Source: Isurus oxyrinchus
Lineage: Eukaryota
Direction of reading: 5' to 3'
DNA: 64,000 bases
Assembly: GCA_026770705.1 (NCBI GenBank)
Contig: JANJGN010000013.1
Span: 130,572,001 to 130,636,000, forward strand
The position numbers were made by a program, and so were the translations under genes. Shown here piece after piece: positions 25,026-38,850 of this stretch; position 1 is the stretch's first letter; every line of letters begins with the position of its first letter. Below the pieces are notes generated by a model, which saw only the letters and a list, made by a program, of their open reading frames with translations, made no database searches and had not been told where the DNA came from.

Positions 25026-26859
25026 AAGATTGTCAGATTTCAAAAGTGGTCCAGATGCTAGATGCAGGTGTCAATACAATGGAAGGATTAAAGAATGGCA
25101 GAATGAGGATGAAAGCATCTTTAGCAGTCCTGGCTATTAAAGCAGACAGCAGAATTGAAACAGCAGTGATACACAAATGAATCCCAAGGATACCATAGAA
25201 ACAGTTAATGGATGCGTCAAGCATGATTCAAATTATCATTATTTGGAAAACAGCCCAAAGACAAGAGGCAAGAATTTTGAAATGACAAATGGAGAAGAGA
25301 ATTTTGAGGAAGAGGATGAAGATAATGATGAATCTGAATGAATTGTATTGGTCACAAGGATTGCATTCCTGTGGTGATTGTGTTGGTTGTAGACTCCTTT
25401 AACTATGCAGTTCTGAATAGTGCTTGTGCTTCCAGAGTTTGTGGACAGATGGGTTACAATGTTATCTTGATTCACTAAGTATTGGGGATTGATGCAAGGT
25501 TAGGGAATATAAAAGTACTATTTTATTTATGTTTGGTGATGCCAACATATTGAGATCACTAAAGAGAATTGTAATTCCACGTAAAATAGCTGGTGCAAAC
25601 CATTTTATAAGTTCTGATATAGTCTCTAGCGACATCTGTGCTGCTGAGTAAACCTATGAAATGGCACAAATGAAACTTGACATGCGACATAAGGGTTAGA
25701 TGATACCGTATCCCCAGTTCTCCCAGAACCCCGAATTTATGCATTGTATTAAAGCTCCTGTCAATAGCACAGGGTCTTGGAATATTAGGTCCACTACCTT
25801 GTGGTTTGTTATAAAATTCCATTGATGCTTCTAACTCACCCAAGCAAGTATTTTTATTGTGTGTGCTTTGGGTACTGAATTGTTGTAGTCTATGCAATCA
25901 TGCAAAAGCATCAGAGCTGAGGCCAATCCCAACCAGTGAGCAGCCAAATACAAGCACGTTCTAGCAGTTGATATCAGTGATGAGAGGAAGAACCCTGGCT
26001 TGACTATTTAATTCCCAAACCCAGGGGGAAGGAGGCCATTGTTGAGCTACTGCTAATGCCCAGCTCAAATCACCTAACCTGTCATGTATCCCGGATCAGC
26101 CTGTGACTTTCTTGATCCAAGTAGCTCCTTGCAACATCAAGCAGTATTTTTATCCACAAGCTATCCAAAAAGCTGTAATAATTTTGATTTTATTTTTAAA
26201 CATTTTCTTTCTGCTAAGCAAGTGAAACTGTGTCTGCACCACTGACATGCAACCAGCCAGCATCTGTAGTGAACTTGTGCATCACAGCATTAATAACTAC
26301 ATACAGCATTACATTTTAAATGCAACACTTAGTGCTGTTCTGCAAATCCCACTAATCTTATTAAGAAACTAGCAGGACAAATGGTTTTCAGGGGCTTTTT
26401 GTAAACAATCCATTTTCGTTCTGTATGACTTAATTTATTTAACATTATAAATACTAATACCAGAGTCACGCAGATTAGATTTCCTGTTTTCTTTCCTGAA
26501 CTGCTGCTGTATGTAATTTATGTTAACTCATGAGAAATGTTGTTAGGAACTGCACTCTTATTTTTTTGGTGTGGTGGTTCGCAATACCTTCTGGACCTTG
26601 AGAAGGATGCAGGAAAAAACTGCCCAATATTCAGCAGTAGCCAGGGATTACCTCCTTAGAATGTGCATCCAAGAGGACAGAACTTCTCAAAATTACCTGA
26701 TTTGTACTCTGATCGTTTCACCAAATAGTTTACTTTCTCTTTTCCCCCACCACCACCTTCCCCCTCAAATTTTCCCCCTCCTCTCCTTCGAGGGCTGACT
26801 CATGCTGAAATGTAGTTCCACAAGCATCCATCACCTGCATTTATTACATTGCGCTACAT

Positions 26860-27420
26860 AACATTTACAGCACAAAAATGTGCCATTTGGCCCAACTGGT
26901 CCTTGCTGTGTTGATGCTCCATATGAGCCTCCACTCATCCTCCTTCATCTAATCCTATCAACTTCTATCCCTTCGTCCCTCATGTATTTATCTTGATTCT
27001 CTTACAAGCAGCTATGTCTCCATGCAACTCCAAATTCCACATTCTAACCACTCTCAGCAAAAGGTTTCTCTTGAATACTTTATTGGATTTATTCCTGGCT
27101 ATCTTGTATTCATAGCACCTAGCGTTGGGTTCTCCCACAAAGGAAAAATATCTCCTGTATGTCGACCCGACCAAACCACTTCATAACTTTGAAAGCCTCA
27201 ATTAGGTCACTTCTCTGTATCTTTTTTTCTAAAAAACAGAGCCCAGCTTGTCCAGTCTTTCCTGATAGTTATAACCTCTCAGTCCTGGTATTATCCTTGA
27301 AAATCTTTTTTGTATCTTCTTTAGTGACTCAGTATTCTCTTTTATAATATGGAGATCAGAACTATGCAAAGTCTAAGGTTGGTGTAGTCAAGGTTCTCTA
27401 CATGCTTTTCAATTCTATTC
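26860..27420 (-). mobile_element. CR1 LINE 3' fragment
   Basis: Minus-strand ORF remnant ...FKRNLLLRVVRMWN...; reverse CR1 tail gccatttggcccaac. Confidence 0.7.
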
Positions 27421-30400
27421 CTCTAGTAATGAACCCCTCTAATTAACAAGCTTGGCTTTTTGGTCTCAAGAAGGAGCGGGGAGAGACTGGGCATTTTTGA
27501 AAAGTAGATGGCAGCTGAGCAGCAGCCTTTCTAGAGGTTTGGGAGCAGATCAACAGACTACATTTTCAGAACTGCGGAGCACCTAACAGGGTAACTGACA
27601 GGTAACTTAGGGTTTTGATCACAGTTCAGTAACCTAATGTGCCTTTTAAGGTTAAGTATTGTCTGTGGCAACCCAAGAAATTGCATTTAACATGTATATT
27701 TGAAAGGTCAATTGCAGTTTGGTAAATAGTTTGTAAATTTTAGATGTTGGGAAAAAAGTACCTGGCTATCCAATTCTGTTTTCTTGAAGCTTGTTTTGCA
27801 TCAGTAATTAAAGTTTGATGTCCAGTGTGTGATTCATGCGCAGTAAATGCAAGACTTCTTTCGAGACAAGACAATGCGAGAGAGGCAGGAGCTAAAATAA
27901 TACACAGAACCAAGGTAGACTGGGATTGAGACTGAAAAGAGATGCCATTCTGCACATATTTTCAATTCATACTGCTGTGACAGCCATAATGTTCTACTTT
28001 TGTAAATCTGTGCTACCAAACAGGTCCAGAGCTAGTGATCATTGCAAATCCTGTACAAGATGCATCATTTCTTTATAATTTTGTTTTAAAACTAAAAAGT
28101 AATTTTGAGAACTAAATTTTCCTGTGAATCATGTAACCATTATTCTGTAGTAGTAATAATGCAATCACTACTGTGCTTAGATATTAAACTGCTAAGTCCT
28201 AGACCTGAAAGCATTTGAACTAACTTTTAAGCTTATAGGGAGTATATTGTTTTATTTTTATTTCTTCTTCTTCCCCACCCCCCCAAACCACCCCACCACC
28301 CCCCTGCTCCTCTGATCTAAGCACTGACCCTTGCTATGCTCCTGTTCCTTGGGCTGCACTCCAGTATCTTGCCCAAATGAGTGTCATTCACACATGAGCC
28401 TTGATACTATGTGTAAGCAATGCCATTCAACCACAAAAGGCATCAGAGCTGAGCTTGCTTCTGTCCACCCCCAACAATCGCGCACTTACTTCCTAGTGAG
28501 GATTCATTGTTCAGGAGTAACTAATTATTTCTTCACCTCCTTACTACCATAGAAATCCACTTTGTTTTTCCTTTAAATCACAGATGCTCCTCAGTGAGCA
28601 CAAGGGCTGTAATTCAATCTCTGGATTCAGATGATGCTGTAATCAACTACTGCCTTATTCATGCCATTTTTGACATGTGAATTTCCCAATTAAATTAAGC
28701 CTTGTTACATGCTCCTAAACCATCAATTATATCCTTGCAAATCTTTCAGCATTTGAAGTGTTCGTTGATTTGTTTGAAATGAAAGGATTAATCTCAGTGA
28801 TCAACAAGCAAGCCAAGCTATATTATTTTTGTTAAAATTTAATTTGTTGCGAATTTATCTGCACGTCATATAAATAAAAGAAACTTAACTTTGAGTCACA
28901 GAACTTTAAAGACTGCTTGTTGATGTGTGCTGCAGCATCTGAAATGATCCTGGGTCCCACATTGCTGTTTTGTATTCTGGTTCTTTTCCTTTGACTTTTG
29001 TTGATGTTGAAGTAAAGGTTAATGACTTTCAAATGGTGTACAATGTATGCTGTATCGCGAGTGCCAATGCAATCAGATCTGATCTTGTCTAATGATTCAT
29101 ACAAACAAAAACATTGGAGTTGCTTTGCATGGAATTGCTGCATTCCTTTTTCTATTTGCAAAAGAAAACCAAGGGTAAGAACATGCTGCTTGTTTATTGA
29201 AATGGGCATCTTAGCAGAAAAACCCTCTTTCATTTTCCTGCAAGTAAGCCTGTGCATTATGACTTGGATAGCAAGTGGATGAGATCAATACCTTCTGCAC
29301 TCCTTGTACAGTTCTTCTGAATAATGGAGGAGTTTGCTGGAAGGAGGTGTAGAATGAGCAATTTTCTGACTGTTTTACCAATGATTGGTTTGAGTTTGAA
29401 TGTGGGAAGTGGTTATGGACTCTTGGTATTAAGTGGTTAAATCATGTCCAATGGGAATGCATGAATCATTAAATGGCTCCTGGTTTCTGGAAGCCTCTTT
29501 TCACAGTACTGAGTTCTGGTTAATGTCCGGTTTCAATAAGCTTTTAATTTTCTAGGAATGTTTAATTGATTTGGAAGGATTCAGTGAGTGCAAGCTGGTG
29601 ATGTGTTCTTTGTTCATCAAGTGCAGCTGTAAAACATGGTTGACTGAATGTGAGAAACAGTCATACTTCAAGCCTAAATGTATGAATAACTTGTCCGGGG
29701 AGTCATTTAGTTTAAACATCCTTGATGTTTGTTTGTTTGAAGAAAATTAACTGATATTAGCAATTAGCTTTCTACCAACTAGTGCTGTTCATGCCTCTTT
29801 TGTAAATAAAAAATTCAAACTTTCACAAAGAGTTATACAATAAAGTAGAAAAACACAAGCATTGTACGAGCTAAACCACATCCCTGTTGACTCAACCCAC
29901 CGCTGACTGGTTTGGTTACTGTTAATTCAGCACCTTCTGGCTTGGTCCTAGTCTGATTGTGCTTTCAGAGCTTGATGTTTAAAACAATCAGTATTTTAAT
30001 ATTTTCCTTCTCCAACCATCTATATGCTTCATTCAGAACCAAACTTGATGTCATTTAACGACCACTTCTTCTTGAATTACTGAAAATCCAATCAACTTCG
30101 GGGTCCTGCGCAATGCACCATTTACCTTCACCCAGGATTCACGATGAAAACAAAGACTCCCTCCTTGCCCCCCTCCCCAGAAGCCCTGACAACTTACTTA
30201 AGAGCTAGCTGAGCTTAACAGACCAGCAAGATCCCACCTGCAATCCTTAGTCAGTGCTGATTTCTTCCTGGGTGCCAGTTGAGGAGGTCCAAAACTGACC
30301 AAGTTTCCTGCTCCTAATCACAGTTTCAGCAAAGCCCACTGGAAGTGCCCTTGTGTAGGCATTTGATGAGGTCAGGATTCATCTCAGTTGTGAAGACCCC

Positions 30401-30929
30401 AGCAGCAAAGTAGCCTGCTGATGTCCATTTCCTGGGCTCATGGGTGAAGAATGGGTTATTAGGAGAGAGCCCCTGAGGGCAACTGACAGAAGTGGAACGA
30501 GAAAAAGAAAATTTAAAATGAAGGGGGATAGCAGATAACAAACAATGTTTATGATCAACCTTTTTAGCTCATTTTGAAAGTATGCTGGCAGCATTTTGCT
30601 GGCAATAGGTAAAATATTTATTAACTGGGTGATTAACTCCTATATGGAGCTATGACACTGATATTTACTTAGTGATTTAGAATTCTGCCCAAGTACGTCT
30701 TATTCAAAGAACAGAATAAATCTAACCTACCCAAGGAATGGAAGGAGTCATCAATTGTATTATCAATTGATACTTAGCACTGGTAAGAAAACAATTGCTC
30801 AGTTCAGCTATCACCAAAAACATTTGGCTCCAGTCCTCATCACAGCCTCGATCCAGAGGTGGACGCAAAAGCAGAACGCCAGAGGAGAGGTGTCAGTAGC
30901 TGCCCTTGCCATCAGGGTGGCAGTTGACA

Positions 30930-31810
30930 GTCTGACACTGAGGGGCGCTGGAAAACTGAGAAAATGTGGGTCAAAGGGAAAATCTTCAGTGGCTAGAGTC
31001 ATACCATACTTTACACAAAAGAAGGTGGCTGTGGTTGGTGGTGCCTCAGGATAGCACTGCAGAGTTCCTAAGGAAGGTATTGTTGGCCCAATATTTTCAA
31101 CTGCTTCACCATCATTCCCTCAGTCATATGGTCAGGAGTTGAGTCTGTGCACAGATAATTTCATAGTGTTCATCTCCATTCACTGCTTCAGATAATGAAA
31201 CAATCCATTCCAGCCTACCACACAACGTGAATGAAATTATGGTAAGTGGCAGGTATCTTGGGCACCTTATAAATGCCAGGTAATGTTGATATCGAGCTGT
31301 AGACGGTCCTCAGATCATCACCCCCAGCCTTCAACGGCATCACCATAGCCTATCGGCCCACCATTGACCAGAAGCTGAACTGGATCAACTATATCAACAC
31401 TGGCTACAACAGCAGGACAGGTGCCAAATACCCAGTGATGAGCTGACCTTGACCTGTCAAAGCATCCCTACCATCTACAAGGCTGGAATCAGCATTGTTA
31501 TAAAGAACCTCACTCCTTGCCTAGATGCGTGCAGCCACAATAACACTTAAGCTCAGCACCATCCACAACAAAGCAGTTTACTTGATTCACCCCCCTGCCA
31601 CTGTCTGAATATCCAATCCCTCCACCACTAGCACAGGATGGCTTCAAGATGTACAATCACAGAATGAGGTGCAACAACTCTCCGAGATTACTTCAACAGT
31701 TAATCCCACCCCTACAACACAAAGAAGGACAAAGAATAGTAACGTAATGAGAGCACAATCACCTCCACATTTCCCTCACTTTGCACACCACTCTGACTTG
31801 GATATCTATA
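30930..31810 (+). mobile_element. Older degenerate copy of the CR1/L2-group LINE
   Basis: accattgaccagaagctgaactgg, ccatctacaaggc, gatgcgtgcagccacaataacacttaag match 20225-20998. Confidence 0.65.
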
Positions 31811-31864
31811 TATCGATACCCTATATACTTTATAGCTGTTTGATGGTACAGAACTTCAGTTTTG

Positions 31865-32619
31865 CTGAAAAAAGACATTTTGTCAAAGCTTTTCATCTTG
31901 CATTGAAGACAATTCACAAGAATACCAATGTAAGGGAAAACAATATATTTATACTGCATTAGTGTGCTGATTAGTTGGCAAGTTGACGGGCAGAGGCATT
32001 GCCATGGTGAATGTACCAGCTAATGTGACTGACTGTTAACTGCCAAGCATTGTTGCAATTTAAACTGGGCAGCTTGACTCTGATTGGTCAAGGCATTGCC
32101 CTGAGGAATGAACCAGCAAATGGCTGTCACTTATTTAGTTTAGCTGAAACAGGCACAATGCATTCTTTCTGTCCTCAAAGAACAGGACCCTGTGTGTTAA
32201 CATATGTAGCTTCCAGTAGACGCAAAAGTGCCACACTGCGAGCCCAACTGACCATGTTAAATTGGTTGTCAGCGTAATTCTCAGCACACTGAGGATTATT
32301 TAGCACATGTCCAATCACAAAATCACATCTAATGTTGGACACTGTGTTTTGAGTTTTACAAGTACGGGCTGGTTGGGTAGACTCTGTACCTTGCCATTGT
32401 GAACAGTCGAAGGGACATGCTATCTGCCAGTCTTTTGGTGTATGGTCTATACTTGCGTGATAGGCTGAATGATGTGGTGTATGAATTTCAGTGCCAGTGT
32501 GATGCTAGGTATGTAGGCTGTCCAAATTCCATTTGGAATAATGCCCAACATTAGATGTGAATCTGCGATTGGACAATGTTTGCTAAATAAGCCTCAATGT
32601 GTTAAGAATTACACTGACA
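31865..32619. mobile_element. Penelope-like element remnant (GIY-YIG endonuclease region) with internal inversion
   Basis: Plus strand 32471-32521 reads DVVYEFQCQCDARYVGC (GIY-YIG-type motif); minus strand ~31865-32430 carries the endonuclease C-terminal region and 3' repeat; 32545-32619 is an inverted copy of 32267-32338. Confidence 0.65.
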
Positions 32620-33940
32620 TCCATCATGGGGAAATGTTAGAAGCTATTATTAAGAAGCTATGGCAGGGAACTTGGATAAGTTCAGAGTAACCAGGGATAT
32701 GATTTTGTGAAATGGAAATTATGTTTATCCAACTTATTGGAGTTCTTTGAGGAAGCACCATGTGCTGTGGATAAAGGGGAACCGGTGGATGTACTGTCCT
32801 TAGATTTCCAGAAGGCACTTGATAAGGTGCCACATCAAAGGTTATTGCGAAAAATAAAAACTCATGGTGTAGTGGGTAACATATTGACAAGCATAGAAGA
32901 TTGGCTGGCTAATTGGAAGCAGAGAGTAGGCATAAATGGGTCTTTTTCAGGTTGGCAAGGTGTAATGAGTGTATGCCACAGGGATCAGTGCTGGGACCTC
33001 AACTGTTTACAATTTATATCAATGACTTGGATGAAGGGATGGATGGGATGTTTGCCAAATTTGCTGATGACACAAATATAGGTAGAAAAGTAAGTTGTGA
33101 AGAGGACAAAAGGATGCTACAAAAAGATATAGGTTCAGTGAGTGGGCAAAGATCTGGAAAATGGACTATTATGTAGGAAAATGTGAAATTGTCCCATTTT
33201 GGCAAGAAGAATAAAAGAGAAGCATTGTATCTGAATGGTGAGAGATTGCAGAGCTCAGATGCTGATGGATCTGGGTATCTTAGTGCATGAATCGCAAAAG
33301 GCTAGTATGCAGGTACAACAAGTAATTAGGAAAACTAATAGAATGTTATCATTTATTGCAAAGGGAATTGAATACAAAAGTAGGAAGATACTGCTTCAGT
33401 TGTACAGGGCATTCGTGAGACCACATTTGCAGTACTGTGTACAGTATTGGCCACTTTATTTAAGGAAGGATGTAAACATGTTGGAAGCAGTTCAGAAAAG
33501 GTTTACCATCTAATACTTGGAATGGATGGGTTGTCTTATGAGGAAAGGTTGAAAGGCTAGGCTTGTATCCTCTGGAGTTTAGAAGAGTAACATATAAGAT
33601 TCTGAAGGGGCTTGACAGGGGACGTGGAGCGGATGTTTCCTCTTATAGGAAAATCTAGAATGAGGGGTCACTGTTTAAAAATAAGGAGTCGCCCATTTAA
33701 AACAGATAAGGTGAAATTTTTTCTGAGTGTTGAGAGTCTTTGGAACTCTCTTCCTGAAAAAGCGGTGGAAGCAGAGTCTTTGAATATATTTAAGGCAGAG
33801 GTGGATAGATTCTTGGTAAGCAAGGGGGGTAGGCAGGATGAAGATTTGAGGTTAATATCAGATCAGCCATGATCCTATTAAATGGTGGAGCAGGCTCGAG
33901 GGGCTGAATGGCCTACTCCTGCTCCTTGTTCCTGTGTTCA
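32620..33940 (+). mobile_element. 5'-truncated CR1 LINE, reverse transcriptase domain plus 3' tail
   Basis: NLLEFFEE..VDKGEPVDVLSLDFQKALDKVPHQRLL; PQGSVLGPQLFTIYINDLD..FADDT; LLQLYRAFVRPHLQYCVQYW; tail gggctgaatggcctactcctgctcc. Frameshifted. Confidence 0.95.
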
Positions 33941-36160
33941 ACCACTTCACTGCCTGGCTCAGCCATGCTGTATTGGAAGTCGTGAGTGGGAGTTCGATAT
34001 TTCCCTACAAGTGATTGGGGGAGTAGGGGGCTGAGGCGTATTGTAGAATAAGCAAATGAATTGCAACAGATTCCTTGCTGTGCCTTTGGCTGCAATTAAA
34101 CTTGACATTCCCGACCAAGTAACAGGCAGAGGAAAAGGTATCTGCTTTCACCCTAGTGCTAAATGGAAATTGAAATTCAGTCCACCCTAAATACCGTCAA
34201 TGTTGTTATCAGCAGCAGCCTCTTTACGTTGCTGATCACTCAAGCTAATTGTTCATCCAGACCTTTTTTCTTTGTTTCCTTCCAATGCTGCTGAAACTGT
34301 TCATACTATGCAAATGCATGGCTTTCAGATGGTCATTATCTAAATTCTCAAGTTGCTCAGCGATTTTCCTGGCCACCGCCCTCCTGAGCAAGGACCCACA
34401 TTTCTCAAACTAATTTTGGTTCTTGCCATGTCTTTTGCTTTCAATCTCCTTGCCTTGCTTCCCCTCATGGGCCTTTTCCAGAGTGTGCAGGACCTGCAAT
34501 ATAAGACAGCCCCACTACCAAGATTTTCGAGCAGCTCAGAATAAATTCTCACCTTTCCCTCTCCAAATATGTATCCGCTTCCCTTTTTAAATGTAATGTG
34601 GATTCTGCTTTTGATGGAGCATTCAATCTCCTTAACATAAAATTAATCTTCTTAATCTTTCTCCCTTCCCCATTCAACTCTTAATTTCAAATGAGCTTCC
34701 AGTAGCTGTCAGTAGCTGGAAAAATGAAATCTGTAACACACATTGTTTAAATTTTTCAAGGACACTAACTGAATAGAAATTAAAAAGGATTATGATGTAA
34801 CAGTTTTAAGGATGCTGATGAATACTTTCCTTAATGGTATTTTTTAGAATGGAAATTATAGAAATATAGTTTTTCAAAGTGCCTCTGAAGTGCTGTGTCT
34901 CAGCAGCAGTTTATTAACATGAGTAAAAATTAACTGGGTCAATTTGCTTGTTGCTTTGTTACTTCTGAATATTGGAAAACAGCTGATAACTATAAGTGAC
35001 TCGTGCATGTGTGTGGTTCACATCCGTCTGGGATTGAACTGACTCCATTTCTGGTGTTCCTGGACATTTGCTCTGATTGCTGGATTGAACTGGTTTCCAT
35101 GTGTGGACAAACAGATGGAACTATTTATCATTAAGCATCACAGTGGGAATTCAGGCGTCTTGTGCCTAATACCCCGTTTAAACTGGAGCTGTAAATTCAC
35201 ATTTGTGCTGAAATTGCAGCTTAATGGCAATAACTAGGGAAGTATGAAGAGTGGGAGAGCTATGCTCCCTGCCTGGATTAAAATTTCCAACCTTTTTTTT
35301 TCTTCCCTGGGGCCCCACAGCAGGCAATTGGCATTGGACTGATATAATTAGCTTTGCTTGGTAGAACACCCAATTCTAATCTGCAAACACCAACTATAAA
35401 TGAAAAAAATAGATCTTTGTAGGTTGTTTATACTAAAGTAAAGGATACTTGAGAGTGATTACAAAGTGGTAACTTGCCCAATGGGTTCAGATGATTTTAT
35501 GTACAATTGAAATCCAGGTGATGAAATCATAGAAACAAATAATGAGGCTTCAGCATTTTGTAGCCGACTTGTGTATTCCTCAATGAGATTACTGATCTAT
35601 AATCGCTTGGATATCAGATCACATTACATGCGCGTGTGCAGGCTTTACTTCTTGAAATCATGAGCATGAGCAATGATTAATTTTCCCTTCCCTGCCCTCC
35701 TCTCCCTGACTAGCCCTGCCTTAAGCTAATTGCTTCACCACAGCTGAGATCAACAAGCTTAGAACAGACTAATGATCAAACTTGGTACTTTCAAAATGTT
35801 ATCACATGGTAATTACTTGTTGTGGCCTGGACAATCAGAGAATCGGTACATATTTAGTTTTAAGACTTTGACTTCATGAGCTGACTTGGTGCAACACTTC
35901 AGATCAGTATGGCCTCAGCAGATCATGTTTTCGCGGCATTGAGTTTGTAAATGGCACTAGTTATTTATTGAATGCCCAAGTGCAATGTTTGGTGTCTGCG
36001 CACTGCATTGGTACTGGCCTCTGTTTAGGGAATGTCCTGTCTTTACGTGAAAGGTGTTAGCTTGTATGAAACCTTTGCATGATCTAATATTCCATCACTT
36101 ATGCTAATTTTTTTGTTCACTCTAATCTAATCTTTCTTGCACTCCATTTCTTTTCCCCAG

Positions 36161-36296
36161 GAGGTACGAGTCACGACCCATCTGTGCTGAGCTGCAAGAG
36201 GATGTCCTCCGTTGCTATCAGAAGAACCCAGATCAGACTCTCAGCTGCTCTGCATTGGCCAAGCAGTACATTCACTGCATTAACTATGCCAAACAG
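36161..36296 (+). CDS. CHCHD3: CHCHD3/MIC19 CHCH-domain exon (136 bp; (K)RYESRPICAELQEDVLRCYQKNPDQTLSCSALAKQYIHCINYAKQ)
   Basis: Acceptor catttcttttccccag, donor GTGAGC at 36297. Splices in frame to 8882-8952 (AA|G = Lys). Contains CX9C-X10-CX9C. Closer to CHCHD3 (RYESHPVCADLQ...QTLKCSALATQYMHCVNHAKQ) than to CHCHD6. Confidence 0.96.
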
Positions 36297-38019
36297 GTGA
36301 GCACAATATTGTCGGTCAAAAAGCTGGACATGGGCAGGGAGGAATTGGGCCAGAGGAGAGGAGGGACTGGCACTTGTGGACCTTAATGAACTGAGCTTCT
36401 GCTCTGAGCCCTTTTTATAACCATTTACCTGTAAAACTGGAGACCCTTTTAGCTTTATCACTTCCCCATCAAAACACACTTTTTCTTTTTAGCTTTTTAT
36501 ATGCCTAAGCTCACAAAAAAGGTCAACATGTGAGCTTTCTCTGATAACTCACTTTATAAATTGACAGGATAAGATCTGGTGTGGCTGTACTGCCTTCCAT
36601 GATGAGAAATGGCTTTGCTAATACTCACTTTCTAATTTCACCCATGAAGAATGGCCACTTGGACAGTAACAAAGGACTGTCTTTTCTGTTGGAGCTGTAC
36701 AACAGTAAGAATCAGTCAGTGCCTTCCTGACAGGGGATGAGTCAAGGAAGTGTTTTTATATAGAATTTACAGGATAGCAACAGACCATTTGGGCCAAATA
36801 GTCTGGGCTGGTGATTGTGCTCTACACAAGCCTCCTTGCATCTTATTTCACCTAATCCAAGCAACATCCTGCTCTTCCTTTCTCCTGGTACAATTCCTTC
36901 CTCTCCCAGTGCTGGTGCCAGTATATTTAATATCTATCTCAGTGAAAACATGGTCCATCGAGCGATAGTAGAGCTCTGCTTCTTGTAAACGCTTGCAAGA
37001 CAAAGATTTTCAATTACTGTATTAAACTAATTTTCAGCAGTGTTATTTTAGCACTACTCAATGTCTCTCGTTGTACTGAGTACGTTGGAGTTGGAATGAT
37101 CCAAGTGAGGGAAGCATAGAACTGATTGTGACCTAAGTAACTGAATCTGTCATCATGTAATTACTGTGGGGACTGGAAGAAACAGTTTACTGAGAAATAA
37201 AGTCATGCATTACTTGAATAAAAGAAGAGAGTCAGAAAATGTATAGCATATTTGTCTTTATTTGTAAAGGATGTGTACCTTTTATCAGTCAGAGACACTT
37301 TTTTTTCCTCCTGGACAAGTGTCCAATATATTTTTCAAAACGGAAGAGGAAGAAAAACAAATGAGTGGTTAAGTATCTTATTAGCCAGCATCTTGCAGTA
37401 AAAATAATGGTGAGGTTGATTCGGACTTTGTGTCTCTCAGTAAGGATTCCTCAATCTCATTGGTTAAGGAGATGCAGCATTACGTGCCTAGGTCCTACAG
37501 GTCCAGGAACCCATGTAGAGGGACCATGTTGTTTTGAAACTTAAATAACGACAAAAGCTGTTATAAGTGCAAAAACCCACAGAAAGTTTGTGAAAGTATA
37601 ATGAACATAAGAGCGCCATTTATTCATTGCTGATCACAAGATCCAGTCGGTTATTGAATTTTGGCTTTGTCCCAGCCTGTATCCCAGCCCCGGTAGGAAA
37701 ATAAGAAATGATTCAAAACAGGGTAATCTGTTGAATATCTGACTGCTTACAAGTAGACTTAAATGCAGCAGTACATCAGCAAACGTTCATTGTGTATTGG
37801 CATTGATTATTGGAAAAAGAACTCTTTCATAAGAGTAAATAGAATTAACAAATTGTTACTGAAAGAAACAATGATTCTTACATGGGAACAGATGTATTTT
37901 TGACTATTTGGTGCATCAGATCTGCTCTACCATTTTCTTGCCATAGCGCCTCTTTGTATATCAGTCCTCTTTATTTTCTCTTCTCTATATCTCCTTACTA
38001 CTTTTACTTTCAGATAAGA

Positions 38020-38290
38020 TTGTAGTCCGAGGTCTCACCTGTCTGCTCAGTTCAATGCCAATTTCCCATTCAAGTTCGAGAAGGAAATCTCCTGGTGTTG
38101 TGTTCAACTTTCCTCCCTCAAACCGACACCGCCAAAACATAACTGCTCATTTCCTGTTTGTGGTATCTTTACTAGCTGTCAGAGTTGCCTGTTTTACAGC
38201 AGTGAACACTTCAGAAGTAATTCATTTGCTTAAAGCAGTTTGGGCAGTCGTAAGTAAGAGAAAGTCACCGTATAAATCAAAGTTATTTCC
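38020..38290 (+). mobile_element. Degenerate Deu-domain SINE fragment
   Basis: ccgaggtctcacctgtctgctcag...cagtgaacacttcagaagtaattcatttg similar to 44252-44690. Confidence 0.45.
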
Positions 38291-38387
38291 TTACTGCCTA
38301 AGTGCTTACCTATTTTTTTAAGTATCTCAATTGATATATATGCTATGTTGGTGTGTTCACATTTGTGCAACCATTTGTGTTTGTTTT

Positions 38388-38850
38388 TTTGATTCGTTTA
38401 TGGGATGCAGGTATCGCTGGCAAGGTCAGCATTTATTGCCCATCCCTAATTGCCTTTGAAAAGATGGTGCAGTCTTTGTGGTGTAGGTATACCAATAGTG
38501 CTGTTAGGAAGGGAGTTCCAGGATTTTCACCAGCACTGGTGAAGAAACAGCAATATAATTCCAACCTGGGATCATGTGACTTGAAGTGAAACTTGAAGGT
38601 GATGGAGTTCCCGTGCACCTACTGCCCTTGTCCTTCTAGGTGGTAGAGGTCGCAGGTTTCGAAGGTGCTGTCAAAGAAGCCTTGGCGATTTGCTGCAATG
38701 CATCTCGTGGATGGTGTACACAGTTTGCCACTGTGTGTCTGGTGCAGGGAGTGAATGTTTAAGATAGTGGGTGGGATGCCAATCAAGCGGGCCTTTGTCT
38801 TAGATGGTGTCGAGCTTCTTGAGTGTTGTTAGAGCAATGACCGTTCAAGC
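38388..38850 (-). mobile_element. CR1/L2-group LINE 3' fragment
   Basis: Reverse complement of ~20520-20995. Confidence 0.85.

Larger units (their letters stand above)
23160..25690 (+). mobile_element. Decayed Ty1/Copia LTR retrotransposon 5' part (LTR-PBS-gag-protease), GalEa-like, interrupted by a LINE
   Basis: LTR with TATAAA and AATAAA ending ...TAGCA at 23380; PBS follows directly; gag-like remnants (SGYDYLPVF..SYDQ, YEAWPEFERF..SMEEYIMD, LLDQMSAALKKFLGK); protease-like remnant (AVLNSACASRVCG...FGDANILRSLKRIVIP). LTR 5' boundary uncertain. Confidence 0.65.
8953..36160 (+). other. CHCHD3: GT-AG intron of CHCHD3 (27,208 bp, phase 2)
   Basis: Bounded by the two exons above, which join in frame; no intervening exon is needed. 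Confidence 0.88.

Noticed and set aside
32620-33940. Possible active reverse transcriptase gene
   Set aside because: 5'-truncated with several frameshifts and stops; ordinary dead CR1 copy.
36171-36479. 102-aa minus-strand ORF
   Set aside because: Antisense shadow of the CHCHD3 exon.
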